A DNA stretch of 64,000 bases, taken from NCBI GenBank assembly GCA_965242525.1, contig OZ251459.1, positions 1,664,001 to 1,728,000 on the forward strand, given 5' to 3'. Positions 60,672-64,000 of the stretch are shown here, one piece after another. Source of the DNA: an uncultured Candidatus Binatia bacterium. Lineage in GTDB: Bacteria; Desulfobacterota; Binatia; UBA9968; JAJDTQ01. Position numbers and translations under genes: made by a program. Each line of letters starts with the position of its first letter. The stretch's first letter is position 1. Under the pieces are notes generated by a model, which was not told the origin of the DNA, made no database searches, and saw only the letters and a list, made by a program, of their open reading frames with translations.

Positions 60672-62031
60672 AGTAGCGCTTCCTTTCCCAGTCGGTGACC
60701 GCATCCCGATACTTCCTCTCCTCGGTGCGGAAGAAATGCGCGTAGTGCTCCACCACGCCGGGGCCGAAACTCTCCCGCGCGAACCGGCTCGACTCGAACA
60801 GGTCCACGGCTTCGGACAGGGACCCCGGAACCTGCGGCGCGCCGGCCGCGGCGTAGCCGTCCCCCTCGAACGCCGGCGGCGGCTCGATCCTGCGTCGGAC
60901 GCCGTCCATCCCCGCGGCCAGGGCGGCCGCGTAGAGGAGGTACGGGTTGCAGTCCGCGCCCGGCGCCCGGCACTCGATGCGGCAGCCGTCTCCTTGGCCC
61001 ACCACGCGAAACCCCGCGGTGCGGTTGTCGAGGCTCCAGGCGATCCCGGTGGGCGCCCAGGACCCGGCCCGGTACCGCTTGTAGGAGTTGACCGTAGGCG
61101 CGTAGAAGACCATGGTCTCGGGCAGGTGCGCCAGCCATCCCCCCAGGAACCAGCGAAACGTGGGGGAGAACGCGCCGGGGCCGTCGTACCCGGCAAAGGC
61201 GTTGACTCCGTCCCGCCACAGGCTCAGGTGCGCGTGGCAGCTCGACCCCGCGAGCTCCGCGGCGTACTTTGCCATGAAGGTGACGCTGCGCCCCATCTGC
61301 TCGGCGACTTCCTTGAGGCACTCCTTGAACACGCAGTGGCGGTCCGCCATGGTGAGGACCTCGTCGTACCGCACGTTCAGTTCGTGCTGTCCCGGACCCC
61401 ACTCGCCCTTGGATCCCTCCACCGGCACCCCGGAGTCCCGCAGGTGGCGGCGCACCGCCCCGTGGAAGCCCTCCTCCCTGGACCCCTGGAGCACGTGGTA
61501 GTCCTCGATGTAGCCGCCCGCGGGCGCGAGGTCGTGGTATTGCTTTTCCGCGGCCTGCCGGTACGAGTCCTCGAACAGGTAGTATTCCAGCTCCGACGCC
61601 GCCATGGCCCGGAACCCCAGGGCGCGGAGGCCCTCCACCTGCCGCCGCAGTAGGGTGCGGGGCGCCTCCGCCACCAGCTCGTGGGAAGCGCCTTCCCGGA
61701 CGTCGCAGAGCACCAGCGCGGTCTTCTCCTGCCAGCTCAGGCAACGCAACGTGCCCAGGTCCGGCGCCAGGTGGAAGTCGCCGTACCCCCGTTCCCAGTT
61801 GGCCAACCGGTATCCCTGGACCGGCTCCATCTCCATGTCCGCGGTGAGCAGGTAATCGCACGCGTGGACGCCGTCCGACACCGCGGATTCGAGGAAGAAC
61901 CCGGCGTCCAGCCGTTTCCCCATGAACCGGCCGTAGAGGTCGGTGAACGCCACGAGGACGGTGTCCACCCGACCTGCGCTCACGGCTTCCTCGAGTTGGG
62001 CAACGCTGAGCATGCCCTTGGCCTCGACCAC
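60658..62031 (-). CDS. Glutamine synthetase-like gamma-glutamyl ligase (PuuA-like)
   Basis: DLYGRFMGKR, ASELEY, EWGPGQHE, TFMAK, GSSCHAHLS, PTVNSYKR, DNRT, RIECR. Confidence 0.9.
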   Translation of the reverse strand: MVEAKGMLSVAQLEEAVSAGRVDTVLVAFTDLYGRFMGKRLDAGFFLESAVSDGVHACDYLLTADMEMEPVQGYRLANWERGYGDFHLAPDLGTLRCLSWQEKTALVLCDVREGASHELVAEAPRTLLRRQVEGLRALGFRAMAASELEYYLFEDSYRQAAEKQYHDLAPAGGYIEDYHVLQGSREEGFHGAVRRHLRDSGVPVEGSKGEWGPGQHELNVRYDEVLTMADRHCVFKECLKEVAEQMGRSVTFMAKYAAELAGSSCHAHLSLWRDGVNAFAGYDGPGAFSPTFRWFLGGWLAHLPETMVFYAPTVNSYKRYRAGSWAPTGIAWSLDNRTAGFRVVGQGDGCRIECRAPGADCNPYLLYAAALAAGMDGVRRRIEPPPAFEGDGYAAAGAPQVPGSLSEAVDLFESSRFARESFGPGVVEHYAHFFRTEERKYRDAVTDWERKRYFERI

Positions 62032-62087
62032 TTGTCTTCCTCCTGCGCTGGCGCTCCGGTGTTCTTCCTACTCTAGCACATACGCGG

Positions 62088-62339
62088 GAAAACCCTGAAC
62101 CACGGTCCCCGTTCGCCCTGGTCGTGGCGAAGTCGAAGGACGCCCACGATCCCCGTTCGTCCTGAGCGTAGCGTAGCGAAGTCGAAGGACACCCACGACC
62201 CCCGTTCATCCTGAGCGTAGCGTAGCGAAGTCGAAGGACGCCCACGACCCCCGTTCATCCTGAGCGTAGCGTAGCGAAGTCGAAGGACACCCTTTCCCAT
62301 AGGGAGAGGCGCCTCGAGCCAGGATTGTCCAAAGGTTCC
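62088..62339. mobile_element. MITE/REP element with the core amplified four times (49-bp period; first copy shorter)
   Basis: GAAAACCCTGAAC...; GTTC core starts at 62111, 62155, 62204, 62253; right TIR ATTGTCCAAAGGTTCC. Confidence 0.88.
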
Positions 62340-62345
62340 CACCCC

Positions 62346-62371
62346 GTCATTCCCGCGAAAGCGGGAATCCA
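62346..62371. repeat. Second REP family copy, supplies the stop codon of the type ISP gene
   Basis: GTCATTCCCGCGAAAGCGGGAATCCA. Confidence 0.9.
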
Positions 62372-64000
62372 CTTTTCAGTAGAATGGCGGCGATGCGGCG
62401 GGCGGTATCGGTAAAGCGCCGGACTTCCTCCGGCCGCAGCGGGCGGTCCAGGATGTCGCGTTCGCGGTAGGAAAGCCATTTCTTGAGGACCTGGTAGCCG
62501 CCCAGTTTGTAGTTCCAGACCGCGGCGGGGACGTTGCGCCAAAAGGCGCGGTCGTTCAGGCATACGTCGAACGTCGTGTCGCCGAGGGCAGGGAGGGTAT
62601 CGCCCATGGCGGCGCGTTCGTCCGGCGTAAAGGCGCGTTCGATAGCTTGACCCTGGCCGGGCATGACTGCCCCGCCCGCTCCGACGTGGCCCCATCCCGC
62701 GGTGAGGGCGAAGTGGTCGCCGGTCATGTTGCGCCCGTCCGTGGTGGCGGGAACGGCAACGGCGGCGAACTCCGGGCGCAACGGGCCCGTGGTGACGCCG
62801 GGAACCGGCGTATCGGGGTCGAGCAGGGCTGCGAGTTGGCGGCCTCGGGCGGCCGATCGGGCGAGGGCGTCAGCCGCTTCAGTGGTCTCCCTGTCCGTGG
62901 ATGCGGAGCCTCGTTCGGATGCGGGCGGGACGCCCGCGTTCCCAGGAAAGTCGCATTCCCCGGCTGGCTCACGGCCCTCATAAGCGGGGAACTTCCCTGG
63001 GAGCGCGGGCGTCCCGCCCGCAGGGGTGGGGAGCAAGGCAGAGCGGGGTGAAGCCGGCGATACCCCTGCGGTTCCGGGGGCGGGCCAACCTAGAAGCGGG
63101 ATGCGCGGCCACTCCATGCGCAGCGCTCCGGCGTTGGCCTCTTGGTAAGCAGGATCATGGAGCACGGCGAGGACGTGGTGGAACAAATCCTCGACGCCAA
63201 GGCCGAGGCGGTTGAGGTAGCGCCGGGCGGCGGCCGAGAGGTTGGGGCGATTGCGGGGGGCGCCGGTGTCGCTTCCGATACCGTGCGCCGAGGAAGGTCG
63301 CTGCCCTGAATCCAACGATACCCATTCCATGGTCGCCGGTGTCGCTTCCAATACCGTGCGCCGCAGGAGCGGGCGGCCATGCTCCGGGGTGTCGCCATCG
63401 CTCCCACTGTGGCTATCGCGGAGCCATGCGGGAATACATGTTGCACTGCGGTCCATGAGATCGATGCATCCGATATGCGTGATTGCTTGTGGTGGCGACC
63501 ATTCCCGGCGAGGTTTCTGCTGTGCCACCAGCCATTCGTTCCCTTGGAACACGTGCGCTCTATAGTCGGCGCGCTTCTCGTCGAGCAGTTTGGTTTCCGC
63601 CTCCCAATACAGCCATCGGTTGTCGAACGGACGATAGGCGAAACGGACGAAACCGGCTTCGTCCGGCCCGCCGCGGGCAAGCAGCGCCTCGCGCACCGCA
63701 CGGGCGTCGAAGCGCGCTGTCGCTTTCATCGCCGCCGGGTAGCGCCGAGCGATCTCCTCGTGGCTCAAGCCCGGATCGAAATAGTCCCCGACCCGCGCTT
63801 TCAACAGGTCGAGATCCACATCGACGAGGAACGGGTCCCGGCTAGTCTTGACCCCCGGAAGCGACACCGGGAACAAGTCGGGCAGGGATGGCCAGTCGAA
63901 CCAGCCCTCGCTCACCGCCATCGGCTTGAACGGCAAACCGAGGCGAAGCGCGGGTTCCAGCGTCGCATAACCGGAATCCATGTCGGGAGCGTCAAGGCTC
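62347..64000 (-). CDS. Type ISP-like restriction-modification enzyme, C-terminal specificity region (5' part outside window)
   Basis: PGVKTSRD, AYRPFDNRWLY, AVLHDPAY...WPRIP, NVPAAVWNYKLGGYQVLKKWLSYRE; frame open to the window end. Confidence 0.85.
   Translation of the reverse strand, partial: SLDAPDMDSGYATLEPALRLGLPFKPMAVSEGWFDWPSLPDLFPVSLPGVKTSRDPFLVDVDLDLLKARVGDYFDPGLSHEEIARRYPAAMKATARFDARAVREALLARGGPDEAGFVRFAYRPFDNRWLYWEAETKLLDEKRADYRAHVFQGNEWLVAQQKPRREWSPPQAITHIGCIDLMDRSATCIPAWLRDSHSGSDGDTPEHGRPLLRRTVLEATPATMEWVSLDSGQRPSSAHGIGSDTGAPRNRPNLSAAARRYLNRLGLGVEDLFHHVLAVLHDPAYQEANAGALRMEWPRIPLLGWPAPGTAGVSPASPRSALLPTPAGGTPALPGKFPAYEGREPAGECDFPGNAGVPPASERGSASTDRETTEAADALARSAARGRQLAALLDPDTPVPGVTTGPLRPEFAAVAVPATTDGRNMTGDHFALTAGWGHVGAGGAVMPGQGQAIERAFTPDERAAMGDTLPALGDTTFDVCLNDRAFWRNVPAAVWNYKLGGYQVLKKWLSYRERDILDRPLRPEEVRRFTDTARRIAAILLKSGFPLSRE
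62920..63078. repeat. Third REP family: inverted pair TGCGGGCGGGACGCCCGCG(T/C)TCCCAGG at 62920-62946 and 62996-63022, plus a variant at ~63050-63078, inside the type ISP gene
   Basis: Near-perfect 27-bp inverted repeats read directly from the sequence. Confidence 0.8.

Noticed and set aside
60658-62031. glnA (true glutamine synthetase)
   Set aside because: Context with a C26 hydrolase and SDR indicates a gamma-glutamyl-amine ligase
62107-62292. CRISPR array
   Set aside because: Linkers are ~9 nt and near-identical, the unit is the dispersed REP core, and no cas genes are present

Overview
GC-rich bacterial chromosome segment; gene content is compatible with a Deltaproteobacteria/Binatota-like organism, but that is inference only. 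Left end (1-9.9 kb): a defence islet with a type I restriction-modification operon (hsdM-hsdS-hsdR, minus strand). It is interleaved with three decayed toxin-antitoxin modules (two vapBC-like, one darTG); each toxin is destroyed while antitoxin parts survive, one fused to HsdM. A low-GC membrane-anchored HTH ORF sits inside it. Middle: catabolic enzymes (amidase, dienelactone hydrolase, two amidohydrolases, SDRs, TPP enzyme, two LLM oxidoreductases, UbiD), a probable selenocysteine-containing rhodanese with a SECIS-like hairpin, the housekeeping block ftsEX-envC-S41-xseAB-tlyA-rpsU-cvpA-dnaG-rpoD-tRNA(CAT), a B12 radical SAM, PGM/PMM and pepP. Right: a glycosyl/sulfotransferase-ABC cluster, metH with a gamma-glutamylation operon, and the 3' part of a type ISP R-M gene. 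The most striking non-gene structure is a family of about 12 miniature elements: a REP-like hairpin packaged between ~16-bp terminal inverted repeats, four copies with exact 4-bp target duplications. These insert in frame into hsdS, truncate a toxin and supply stop codons to other genes. Two further REP families, a GIY-YIG nuclease remnant and a rod-like RNA candidate upstream of ubiD are also present. All family assignments come from motif recognition by eye; no database searches were run.
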